A stretch of DNA of 32,726 nt from NCBI RefSeq assembly GCF_001194135.2, contig NC_068995.1, forward strand, positions 18,969,445-19,002,170, given 5' to 3'. Position numbers and translations under genes: made by a program. Each line of letters opens with the position of its first letter. Position 1 is the first letter of the stretch. The DNA is from Octopus bimaculoides (Eukaryota). Under the pieces are notes generated by a model. That model did not search any database, had not been told where the DNA came from, and saw only the letters and a list, made by a program, of their open reading frames with translations. Positions 1-11,712 of this stretch are shown piece by piece.

Positions 1-66
<66 letters not shown>
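1..66. repeat. (GATA)n microsatellite
   Basis: Perfect ATAG tandem from the window start. Confidence 0.98.
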
Positions 67-3000
67 GCAGTGAGTTGTAATGGACGAGCAAATAGCGTGT
101 CGAAATACCGTTGTTGGAATTGCCAGTTGTCCATCACACAATGCTTAAAAAATAGCTGACAAGCTACCTTCGTTGGTACACTTGGGCAATATGTTTGATG
201 GTGTTACCACAGCATGGCCGGAATTAATCGAATGAGACCACTAAGTAAATATAAGAATGCAGTATATTCTTGTTTTTCTTTCATATTCCATAATGAGAAA
301 GAAGCTTCAATATTGATTTATATAAGAAATACAATAACTCTCCTAAAGCTTTTAATTTTCCCTACTTCCAAGCTCTCGTCAATTTTTGTTTGTAGTCTGC
401 GCTTCGTTTAATCAACTCGTTTCTATGGACCTAATTAGTGGGATCATTAATTGTTTCTGCTTGATAAAGCGGGCTTTTTCGCTTGGGAAACTTTCTTGTT
501 ACTTTTATCTTTTCCGAAAGCTGACTTTAATGAATACTGTCGATGCCAAACTTGAGATAAAACTTTTCAAGTATATTGCTAAATTCTTGCAAAACTAATC
601 ATTAGAGCAGAGCGAAGGCTGAATATTGGCAGCTGGAATAATACGACGAGGATCTGGTTTCGTCTCAACATTGGCAATGCAAGGAAGAAGTAACATTTTG
701 GAAAAATAAAAGCAGTCAAGTCAAGGTTATTGCCTGTGTGTAATTAATTAGGAAATTGCTCAAATTCACAAATATGTAAAGTATGCCAACATTACAAAAT
801 TAATGCAACTACTAGCAGCTGCCCTTTATTATCATAACCATCCTCATCCACATCCTCCTTTTCCTCTTCTTCCTCCGCTTCATCATCACTTCATTGGTTT
901 ACACTTATTAATAATGATAACGATGATGATGATGATGACGATGAGCGTGTTGTTCTTTTTCGAATTGCACTTCTGTTGTTCTTGTTATCATTATTATTAT
1001 TACTTACATATCCATGATTAATATAAGCATTTTATTGCAGCTGTAGTCATCTAATTTCGATTCTGACCAGAAACCAAATTCTTTCTTTCGTAGCTTGATT
1101 GACCGTTACACACATTTAACCCTTCATTCCTCAGCTGAGGATAAATGAATCATATTTAATATTTCTTCGTTATATTGTTCTTAAACCCTGCCAAAAATGC
1201 ATTCTTGCAGTTTCACCATCCGCTTTTCGTTGAAACGCTATCAAATACTTTGTTATCCTGTATGAGCTAGATATCTTCAAAGAAAGTAAGATCTGATTTG
1301 AAAGAGATCGTCTGATATTTTTAACAGATCAAGTGACCACGTAATGTCCACTCACTAGTTATATATTTGTCTGTAATATCTTTAATCGTGGAAGACAATG
1401 AACTATAAAGATTATAGTTTACAACAGCTATCATTGTACTATGTTCCACACAGTACTACTAAACGTGCAACATGGCTCAAATTGGTTACATTCCTCTAAA
1501 ATCAAAAGCTTGTGTAATAGTAAAGTTGATTCAATTGATTATACCTTCCCTCTCACCCCAATATTCATATAATGCTTTGTACCTACTCAAAAGAAATCAT
1601 AATCATCCTCATTATAATTATCGATGTCATTAATGTTGCTGTTTTTGACATTTAGTTTAGCTGTTGTTTTTATTTTGTTGTTTTTGTTTTTAATGTTGAA
1701 ATTTGAAGTAAACATGTTTGCCTTCAACAAAAGTATTTTTGCCTATTTAAGAACTAATTACTACTATAATTATTATATGTTAACTGTTACTATAAAATAT
1801 TTACTTCTAATAACTGCATAATGTGCCAAAACCAAAAAAACAAAAAAAAAAAATGACAGACTTGAGGCGTTGAAAACATCAGAGCAAGAAATAATTATCA
1901 GTTAACCAAATAGAGCTATAGATTTTGGTCGACTAAATTCCAATGGTATTTTAATGAATGTTGTTTTCTTTTTTTCTTAAACATGTTTCAAAGACAGTGT
2001 TGAAGAGATAATTACAAGCCACACCTCAAAAATAAACCAATAATAAAACGATTTAGCAGCAAAATTTTAACTAATGGATTTTTTTGAATTTTTCTTTCAA
2101 TTGGAGAATAATCTTTTCATCAACTATTTCACAGACAGATGGATGATCAATCAGCTGTGTCTTGTTACACTTCAAGTACTTACATCCTCTATCAATACCA
2201 AACACACTCCCTACACACATAGCTTGTCACACCCATAGAAAGAGACATTCACCACACTCATTCACATACAAAACTGAAGTAGAAACAAACCGAAGTTGAT
2301 AAGAGAACAAGGTCGCTTTACGAGGTCACTCGATATATTAGAAATAGCCACCAAATCTCTGTTAAATTACACGCTATCACACGCAGAGATGCACTGTGTA
2401 TATCTGAATAAAATGTAAGATTGTCACGCTTTTGATCATAAGTCTTCTCATCCAAAGCTGACCTTGTTTAAACAACATCACACGCCGGTACGCTAGTAGA
2501 CAATATATACATACACTTTCTGTTCCAAGATAAAACAACGAAATTTCTACAGAACAAGCAGACACTATCAGTACATTATTTATATAATTATACATGCGTT
2601 TCAGACACTTGAACTACCAACATTTTAACTTTTAGATTGAAATGAACAATTTATCATTTCCTCTATAACAAATAAGATAGGCAACACGTTATTTGAATCG
2701 TAAGAGTTGGACAGATTGCGTTGTTCTGCCTTTCTGCACACTAATTTCACATTCCACTGAGGTGAGCATTAGAGAACGTTTCGTTCCCCAGGAATGTAAA
2801 TATGATCCATGAGAATTTTTTTTTTTTTTCTTGTAACATGACTGGCGAAGGACACACCACGATTACCTGTACATCAGAAAGTGGGAAAAAGAAATAATAC
2901 AAAACAAAACAAAAGTTGACGAAGACATCCCAGAGCCGATGATCATTTGCAGGGACTCAGCAGCTGTCGACAGAAATAAAACTTATGCTCAAATCGAAAA

Positions 3001-3129
3001 TCAGTTCAAAATGCTGGAAATCGAGTGAATCCACTAAAAGACAACCATAGGCTATATATTTTCACTAGACCGAGAGGCAGGTTAATCCTATTTCTCAATA
3101 AGGCGAACGATCCCTGTGGCGGGATTATG

Positions 3130-3240
3130 CATAGATTTTGTGTACCAAACTACGTTACAAAGATCTGATTTGTAGCACGTTATGGTGGAAGACACTGCTC
3201 CAAGATGCCACGCAGTAGAGTCGGAGACTAAACAAATACC
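3130..3240 (-). mobile_element. Decayed SINE fragment (family B)
   Basis: gacactgctccaagatgccacgcagtagagtc (about 3191-3222) resembles gatacttgcacaaggtgccatgcagcgggaca at about 24416-24447. The reverse complement matches a tRNA-derived SINE body (ccactgcgtggcaccttgggcaagtgtc) that I recognise from octopus DNA. Confidence 0.55.
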
Positions 3241-4103
3241 ATTCCGATTTGATATAATTTTTCAGTAATGGCTATTAAACTTTCTCTCTGAAGCGTTTGT
3301 AGGCGTTTCACTCATCAGAGTAGCAATACACTAAGTGTATGAGCGCATATATGTGTGTGTGAGTGCGTATGTGTGTGTATGTGTTTTGGTGATTGTGCGT
3401 GTTTGTGTGTGCGCACGTGTTTATCTTTGTCTATGTGCAGGCGTGCTTGTCTACAGTGATCACAAAAAAGTCTTTCTGAGTAGACTATACTACGTTAATG
3501 AAATCTAATAAGACCGGAATATATCCGATGAATACGACAATTGTTAACAACTGCATGGTTTTATTTCCGCAAATTTTGGTTATAATACATGTGCGTTTTC
3601 ATTCTTATGGTCTCTATTATATACAGCTAGAACGAGTTTCTGTTTACTTATTTCACTTGTAATTTCAGTTAAGTGTTGCTTTCCACCTCACTGTTATTAC
3701 TTTATTGCATTCCATATTCCGCACAGATGTTATAAAAAATAAATATACTTGTGTGTTTGAGTGTAATTGTTTGTATGTATATATACATTTATGATATCGC
3801 GTATAAAGCAAGAACTTGCTCAATTGCTAGTGAAAAAGATAGTGATATGCATTCACCGATATGGAGATTAAGCACTAAGTGATTGATACAGATGTAGATA
3901 AGGAATACATACTAGAAAATAGATACTTATTTATTTGCTAATACGTATTTCAAATGAAGATCTAGATGTAGGTCCTTGTATATTTATCCGTTAATGTATC
4001 GAAAGTAAATTTCATGCAAATAAAATAATCGGGAAGTTTACACACACACACAAACACAGAAGCACAGAAGCACACAAATACATACACACATATAAATTCG
4101 TGA

Positions 4104-4625
4104 CACGAAGGGTTTTACCCGAGGTAATTAATTACATGAAGACAGTAAATACTATATTCATTGTATTTTGCTTCTATTTTTCAACAATGCCCTGTTATCT
4201 TCAATACAATTCACATATCGCTTCAACATATCCTCAATGCTATTTAAGAAGAACAGTCTCTCCTACGTAGGAAATCACTTTTCAGTATCCAAATGCAGTT
4301 TTTCACCACATGAGAATTTTCTGCTCTTCAAATGGTTCTTCAAATCGAATAACAGGTGAAAATCAAAAGGAGCATTGTGAATAATGTTGTATAGGTAAGT
4401 CATCAAAGCTACATTCACTAACGGCAAACGCAGAAGTCGTGTGCAATGTTGTGAAGAAGAAGTAGTACGTCAAATTTAAAAATGTCTAAGCGTGTTCTAT
4501 TGAAATGATCTCGCAGTCGCCGAAGCAAATCCGCATCACAGGCGCCTTGGTTATTGACTTTTGCAGCAAGGAGTCAATTATCACTGAAAAGGGGATTGTA
4601 ATAAGGTTTCCAGCATTCGAAACAC
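4104..4625 (-). mobile_element. Decayed mariner-type transposon, C-terminal half of the transposase
   Basis: Minus-strand translation across frameshifts gives DLLRRLRDHFNRTRLDIFKFDVLLLLHNIAH, APFDFHLLFDLKNHLKSRKFS and FFLNSIEDMLKRYVNCIEDN. These parallel the mariner motifs LLLHDNARPH, APSDFHLF and the C-terminal helix. A TIR-like cacgaagggttttacccga starts at 4104. Confidence 0.8.
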
Positions 4626-5083
4626 TCCTCACATGTATATATGAATGCACACATTAATATATATATTTATTTATTCTCTATTCATTATAATTCTCGCTAT
4701 AAGAAAGGAGCTGATGGTTTCTAACATTGCAACTCAAGCTCTATCGGTGAAATTTAGATGAAAATCAGGATAATTGTTGCTAGTTGAAATTTAGAAATGT
4801 CTCACATATTTTCATTGTTCCGCATACAAAGTATAAGCACCAAATGTGTGATAGAGGTTCTATTTCCTTGAAATGCCTAGGATTACAAACGCTTCACTTA
4901 TATGTGGGAGAGTAGTCCTTCGTATGTATGTATGTATGTATGTATATCTCTTCTAGTTTTTAATTATTATAGATTTTCCACTGTGGAGGGAGCCGGTTTC
5001 CAACAAAGATACAATGCTCCATCTTTGGGATGTAGTTAACATAGACAAATTCACACTTGGAACTTGAGAAAAGTTCTGCTTAT

Positions 5084-5123
5084 TATGTATGTATGTATGT
5101 ATGTATGTATGTATGTATGTATG
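5084..5123. repeat. (TATG)n microsatellite
   Basis: Direct tandem. A shorter tract lies at about 4923-4945. Confidence 0.95.
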
Positions 5124-6675
5124 CTTACCTGAATGTATGAATCAATGAATAAATCAACGTAATCAAGTACATATGTACGCATGCATGTCCGAATGAATGT
5201 GCGAATTTATGTATATATGTATTGGTCATTTTTTCCTTTTTTAGATATGAGTCTAAGGTTTCCCCTTCGAAGAATTAAAGCTAGTCACTAAGAAGTTGAG
5301 AATGATTAACTGATTGAGTTAAGACGTTCCTTCTATATGTGCATATATGAAAAAACATAACGCGCACAGAAAATTGCTCAAATGTAATGCGTATGCATGT
5401 CACTTAAATTCACAAATTTAGTTCCGTTTGAATGTGTATGTGCTCTACAAACATACCAGAGCGTAGATGTCTTTCTTGAAAATTTAGATGAAATATTTAT
5501 AAACATTCCATGGCATAACTAATGGATTAGAGGTGGAAGACTGAATCATTTGGCTCTATCCTGCCGTAAAGAATTCCAAACGTGGATCAACGTACACTTG
5601 TTAGAAATCATTTGAGTTCATTGTCAAGGTCTGATAAGAAACCAGTTTATACCCACAGCCTTCTGTAAGGTTAATATTAATCAACGATACATATTACTGT
5701 ATATTAAACCATATAACTTACAAACAAATTTTAAATCATCACATGTAGATTAAAATATTGGATGTAGTAAAATTAGGAAAATTATTCCCTCTTGTGAGCA
5801 AGGGATGGGAGATGAAAACAAAGTGGGGTATTTTGTAGGGCTACTGTTGGGGGTGGTGTAATGTGAACATACTAAAGACTGAAGAGGTTCGTGTAGAGGT
5901 GAGAGGTCAACGTTGGTGGAGAAATGGTCAAATACAAATCTGTTTAGCAAAACAGGAGTGCCGAGGTTTAAAGAATGAATATGTGAACGAGTGTGTGTAC
6001 TTATGTGAGTGTGTGTGTGTGTGTGTGCATGTATGTGTGTGTATATGTGTGCGTATGTATGTGCACGCATGCCTGCGTGAGAAAATCAATGTGTGCGAAG
6101 AGCAGGTATGTGAAGTGGTTTCTGCGCATGCAAATAGGTTAGTGATTTTATATGCGAATATATGAGAGCATATGTGAAGAGCAGAGGTTGTATATATATA
6201 TATATACATAAAATTTATTAATGAGGGTAGAAATTGATATTAATCAATTAAAACCAGTGGTGTCGGTAAATTTTCTACTGAGAACATATCTTTTTCGTGG
6301 TTAGATGACTCGGCATCTATTTCTAGCATATAGGAATCCACATTTGCTGGTCATTCCTCTTATATATATATATATATAATACAAATAATATATATACATG
6401 GAGAGTGGGAATGTATGTGTTTGTGTGTGTGTTTGTGTGTGCGTATGTGTCTGTGTCTGTGCGTGTAAGAGCAGGTGGCTGTGAATCAGTTAATGTATCA
6501 CAAAGAAACGATGTCGAGTGCTGTTTAGATGCCTTTGTGTACGGACGGTGTTTGTGAAGAGAGTACATGTGTGTAAGTGTGTGCCCTTATGCCGTGAGTG
6601 AACCCCGGGTACGTAGATACATACCTGTAAATCCAGGAATAATTGCTTTCTTGGTATAATTGATTTCTATTTGCA

Positions 6676-6790
6676 GCTTCTGGTTTTTATGTTCGATCCC
6701 AATGAACGACATCTTGTCCCAATATCGTAATATAGTCTCCGATTGCAAACAGGGTACAGTAGACTGTAATTATGTAGAAGCCCTTGTATG
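6676..6790 (+). mobile_element. Highly decayed SINE fragment (family B)
   Basis: B-box-like gttcgatccc followed by a degenerate family-B body (aatatagtctccg ... agaagccc). Confidence 0.35.
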
Positions 6791-7158
6791 TGTTGAAGAG
6801 AAGGAGAGAGCTAGAGGGTAAGTGAGAAAGAGGGAACAGGAGAGAGATGACCAGATATACCTGGATAGATATGTAGATACATTGAGTGCTAGGTAGGCAG
6901 ATAAATAGATTAAGAGACAGTTTAACAAGACGGAGAAGTAACCGTTGATATGTCTACGCATACAAATACAGAAAGTAGAATAGACAGATGCTTTTATTAA
7001 TGTAGATGTTAATGCTAGCAATTTTAAGGTAGAAATACTTGAAAATTTTCAACAGCGCAATTCGACATAGTTGAAATACCACTCTGTATTCCCCTTACTC
7101 CTATAATAATACTATTAATGACAATGATGTTAATAGCAAAGTATATTGAAAATAATTT

Positions 7159-7177
7159 ATCATCATCATCATCATCG

Positions 7178-7219
<42 letters not shown>

Positions 7220-7276
7220 ACGTCATCATCATTTGACTCTTCACATGCCTCGATGATGACGACGACGACGACCACC

Positions 7277-7307
<31 letters not shown>
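7159..7307. repeat. Compound (CAT)n / (GAC)n / (AGT)n microsatellite
   Basis: Direct tandems. They explain the poly-D, poly-S and poly-L ORFs at 7024-7318. Confidence 0.95.
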
Positions 7308-8283
7308 TCACATGCTAAGAATAATATATTTCAGAATAACAATAATGATAATTATAAAATATAATTAAAATTGGAATTATTCTTTCATACGCACAAAAAT
7401 ATTAAAGAAAAAATAGGTACAAACGCATACGTATGTAAATGCAAACACCGCATATCCCTACATGCGCAGATAAACGCACAAACACACGTATACATACAGA
7501 CATATACATGCACAAACTGCTAAGAGAAACCATCATTATATCACTGTCGAAACCAAGACATCTTAAAAACATTGAATACAAGCACTTCATTTAATCTGAA
7601 TCTCAAGGATTATGGTTAATCGTTGAAGTTTTTCGAAAGAAATCACCGTTACATGATATTTGGATGTCAGCAAAATCTGTTGCCTCCAGCAAAGATTCTG
7701 CCGCTTGAATCCGAGTGTGTACTTCCCACAGTCGTCTGGGAACTTCTTCGTTTTTCTCAACAAGCAACTTAGTCTCTGTCATCTGTCCGTGTTATTGCAT
7801 TCGGTAGAAGAGTTGGGAGACGGTGGTAATGGAGGTTGTTTCTTTCGCTATATTTTTAAACTGTAGGCCGACTCACTCCGAATATATCTCTAATCACAAC
7901 AGACAAACATCCTCAAGGCAAATTTCATAAGAATATATCAGTTTTCACTCGTTGACTTAATCATCTAATCTATTTCCTTCGTACTTTCGTCAACCCACCA
8001 CCATACCATCATTATGATTTATTTTTAAAAAGAATAATCTTTAAAAATCATGATTCTACTGGTTTCTACACGTAATCCTAATTATATAAACTCTCTCATA
8101 AGCGCTCGCTTATATATACAAATGTACATACATGCATACATACATACATACATACATATACACAATACAAACACAAACATATATATATATATATATGCAT
8201 GCATATCTATACGTACATATATATCCACACATACATATTTATATAACTATATATTTGCAAGTATAATATATGCATATATATAT

Positions 8284-8495
8284 NNNNNNNNNNNNNNNNN
8301 NNNNNNNNNNNNNNNNNNNNNNNNNNNNNNNNNNNNNNNNNNNNNNNNNNNNNNNNNNNNNNNNNNNNNNNNNNNNNNNNNNNNNNNNNNNNNNNNNNNN
8401 NNNNNNNNNNNNNNNNNNNNNNNNNNNNNNNNNNNNNNNNNNNNNNNNNNNNNNNNNNNNNNNNNNNNNNNNNNNNNNNNNNNNNNNNNNNNNNN
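8284..8495. other. Assembly gap flanked by (TA)n
   Basis: N run. Confidence 0.99.
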
Positions 8496-8551
<56 letters not shown>

Positions 8552-9471
8552 GTATGTATATAAATGCATATATGTGCATATGTTTTTAAACATAATTCTA
8601 TATGTGTATATACACTCACACATACACATATATATATATATATATGTACATATATAAATAAATGTATATAGAGAGAAAAGGGCAGGAAAAGAGTGAGTGA
8701 GGTTTATATATATATATTCATCGATATACGTATATATACATACATGTGTTTGTGTGTGTCTGTGTGTATGTGCGTGGACCTACATACATATATACGTGAA
8801 TATATAAGCATGTATACGTGTACACGCACAAATACAAACATATACACACATAGGTTCACATAAGCGCACTGAGATAAACTCTACATAGTTTATTGGCACA
8901 CGTCACACATCTTAGAAACTAGCAAGCTTAGTAAAATCTATGGCCAGGAGCTTCGTCACCCGGAATTAAATAAATAACGACCTGAATTCTTTCGGATTAA
9001 ATATACACATGACAATAATGTCATGGAGTGTCAAATTTGGATGTAGATTCGGAAAAATGTACATCCTCAGTATTTAATTGCTGTAATATCTTTCCAGCAA
9101 TATGAACAAACACATCGAGTGTTTTTATCAGATCATTGAAGATATCATTCCTTAAAATATACGAAGGAATACATTCCAAGAAAGGTGTCTATGAGAGCGC
9201 AAGGTAACCGGAGTATTTAGTGCACAATATTATGTAGAACGGTATAGATAAAAAGCTGGAAGCTTCAATATATCCCAATAACACGCGCACACACACACTC
9301 ACACACACACACACACGCACACACACTTACACAAACAAACACACACACACACGCACACGCACACACACACACACACACACATACATATATATATATACAT
9401 ACATGTGTGTGTATTGTGATTATAAGTTGTTTTTTTCTTACTTTCAGTATGCTACTGCAGCTGCAACTATT

Positions 9472-9472
9472 T

Positions 9473-9511
<39 letters not shown>

Positions 9512-9529
9512 GTAGTAGTAGTAGTAGTA
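9472..9529. repeat. (ACT)n followed directly by (AGT)n
   Basis: Direct tandems in inverted orientation. 9492-9529 is a perfect 38-bp palindrome. Confidence 0.95.
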
Positions 9530-10627
9530 TTACCACCAACACTACTACTTTTACTACTAATAATTCTTCATTTTCCTCCCCGTCCTCTTCCTCTTCAAAC
9601 TTCTTTGCCTTTCATTCATCAAGAAGCGCTTTGGTAAACTCCGCTCGCGTCAATAACGACTCTGCAAAAATTCATAGAAATTGAGGGTTTGTACGTTTAA
9701 ATACCATATTACACTACATCAAGAATAATAACCACAGCTGCATTTAGAGCTGCAGTTAAGACATTCTTCGAAATACACTAGGTACTATAATCCGAGCTAA
9801 CAGATTTTGAAAATGACGTAACAAAGACATTTTTCTACAGTCTCTCCAAAGGTTATGAAAATAAGAAAATATTATAAAGGAGCTATCTTAGATTAATAAT
9901 TCAGAATCCTATTCCCTATGAATTCTTAAGAACGATATATTTATTTCTTGCCGAATCTACAGTAGGATTCCCAGATTCCGTATTTCATCCAACCTCAAAC
10001 TGAATGTTGCAAGTGAATCTCAAGGACAGAAATCGTATTCTTAGAACAGATACATGTAACATCACAGCAAACAGACATGTTCCAGGTATCCAAAAGTGCA
10101 AAAATATCTAATGTGGTTGATGTACAATTCACAGGGAAGACAAATTTAATAATTCTCTTTAAAAAAAATAATAACAAATATCAGGACCTAGTCGATGAAG
10201 TTTTGTCAAAGGATGGTACGCGGCATCACTCCCTTATGAAGCCAGTTGCAGCGGTTTTCCTGTTAGATCCCTGATCTCTTTACCGTGGCGAATGTCTTTG
10301 GAGCCCAAATATCTGAAGAATGCCAAGAAGTAAATAGACATAACGACTGCAACTGGCTCAATGTTGCCATTGTTGATAAAAGTACCAAGTGGAACCTTTC
10401 TCCAAGCGAAGACTAATTGAAATCTCCCAGTGTAGTGGTAAGAGTCGAATCTCTTGGGAAACAAAGATGACAGCTACGATCCTGAAGGGTGGCAGTTAGA
10501 AGTGCGTGTAATAGCTCTGAGTATTTCCTGTACTGTTTGGGTAGACTCCAATGCTAATTTACCATTATATAAATATAATATCTCATGCTTAATACTGACT
10601 TGCAATTATATATGTAGCTAGCTCGAA

Positions 10628-10838
10628 GACAGCAAACTTGGAGAATCGTTAGCTTGCCAGGCAAAAGACTTAGCAGCGTTTTGCTGTCTTTACGTTCTGA
10701 GTTCAAATTCCACCGAATTTGGCTTTCACTTTCATTTTATTGTGGTTAATAAAATAAGTACCAGTTAAATATTGGAGTCGATGTAATCGAATTATACCCT
10801 CTCCCGAAATGTCTGGCCTTGGGCCAAAATATGAAATA
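10628..10838 (+). mobile_element. tRNA-derived SINE (family A), near full length
   Basis: gaatcgttagc head, B-box-like gagttcaaattcc at 10699-10711, aaaataagtaccagtt...gtcgatgtaatcga core and gccaaaatatgaaat tail. The same blocks recur at 15.3-16.8 kb and 30.8 kb. Confidence 0.85.
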
Positions 10839-11181
10839 AGCTCTAAATAAAACTACCATTATATTGATGTGTATTAAAGTTGCTCGACGCAGACATTGAA
10901 CTGCTTCGAGTTTCAGGAAATTTTGATACTTCGAAACTTTCTTGAGTATTTTCCTTCAAAATACATAAATAAATAGATTCAATGAAACAGAATAAATAAT
11001 GCATACTATGGAAATTCTCTGTGTACTTTTAGGAAGTATACTACTTTGAAGAAATATTTGTTCTGTTTAGTTATATTTATGCCTATAACTATTTTCAATT
11101 TAATTTGTCGATATAGTTAGTTCAAAACATTCGTTTGTTGAGCACGCTCTAAAATGATTGCTTCAGGAGGATTTCCTAATA

Positions 11182-11386
11182 TGTATGTATGCATGTATGT
11201 ATGTATGTATGTATGTATGTATGTATGTATGTATGCATGTATATATGTATGTATGTATATATGTATGTGTGTGTATGTATGTATGTATGTATCTATTCAT
11301 ATTTATCTATATCTATATATATGTGCGTGTGTATATATGTATGTGTGTGTATATGTACGTGTATATATATATATATATATATATAT
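11182..11386. repeat. (TATG)n / (TA)n microsatellite before a gap
   Basis: Direct tandems. Confidence 0.95.
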
Positions 11387-11712
11387 NNNNNNNNNNNNNN
11401 NNNNNNNNNNNNNNNNNNNNNNNNNNNNNNNNNNNNNNNNNNNNNNNNNNNNNNNNNNNNNNNNNNNNNNNNNNNNNNNNNNNNNNNNNNNNNNNNNNNN
11501 NNNNNNNNNNNNNNNNNNNNNNNNNNNNNNNNNNNNNNNNNNNNNNNNNNNNNNNNNNNNNNNNNNNNNNNNNNNNNNNNNNNNNNNNNNNNNNNNNNNN
11601 NNNNNNNNNNNNNNNNNNNNNNNNNNNNNNNNNNNNNNNNNNNNNNNNNNNNNNNNNNNNNNNNNNNNNNNNNNNNNNNNNNNNNNNNNNNNNNNNNNNN
11701 NNNNNNNNNNNN
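11387..11712. other. Assembly gap
   Basis: N run. Confidence 0.99.

Noticed and set aside
622-655. LNIGSWNN, resembling the LINE endonuclease N-terminal motif
   Set aside because: A single short motif with no downstream endonuclease motifs.
7608-7790. GC-elevated minus-strand ORF (MTETKLL...LLEATDFADIQISC)
   Set aside because: The resemblance to the RT motif LDFADDI is too weak and there is no coherent splice context.
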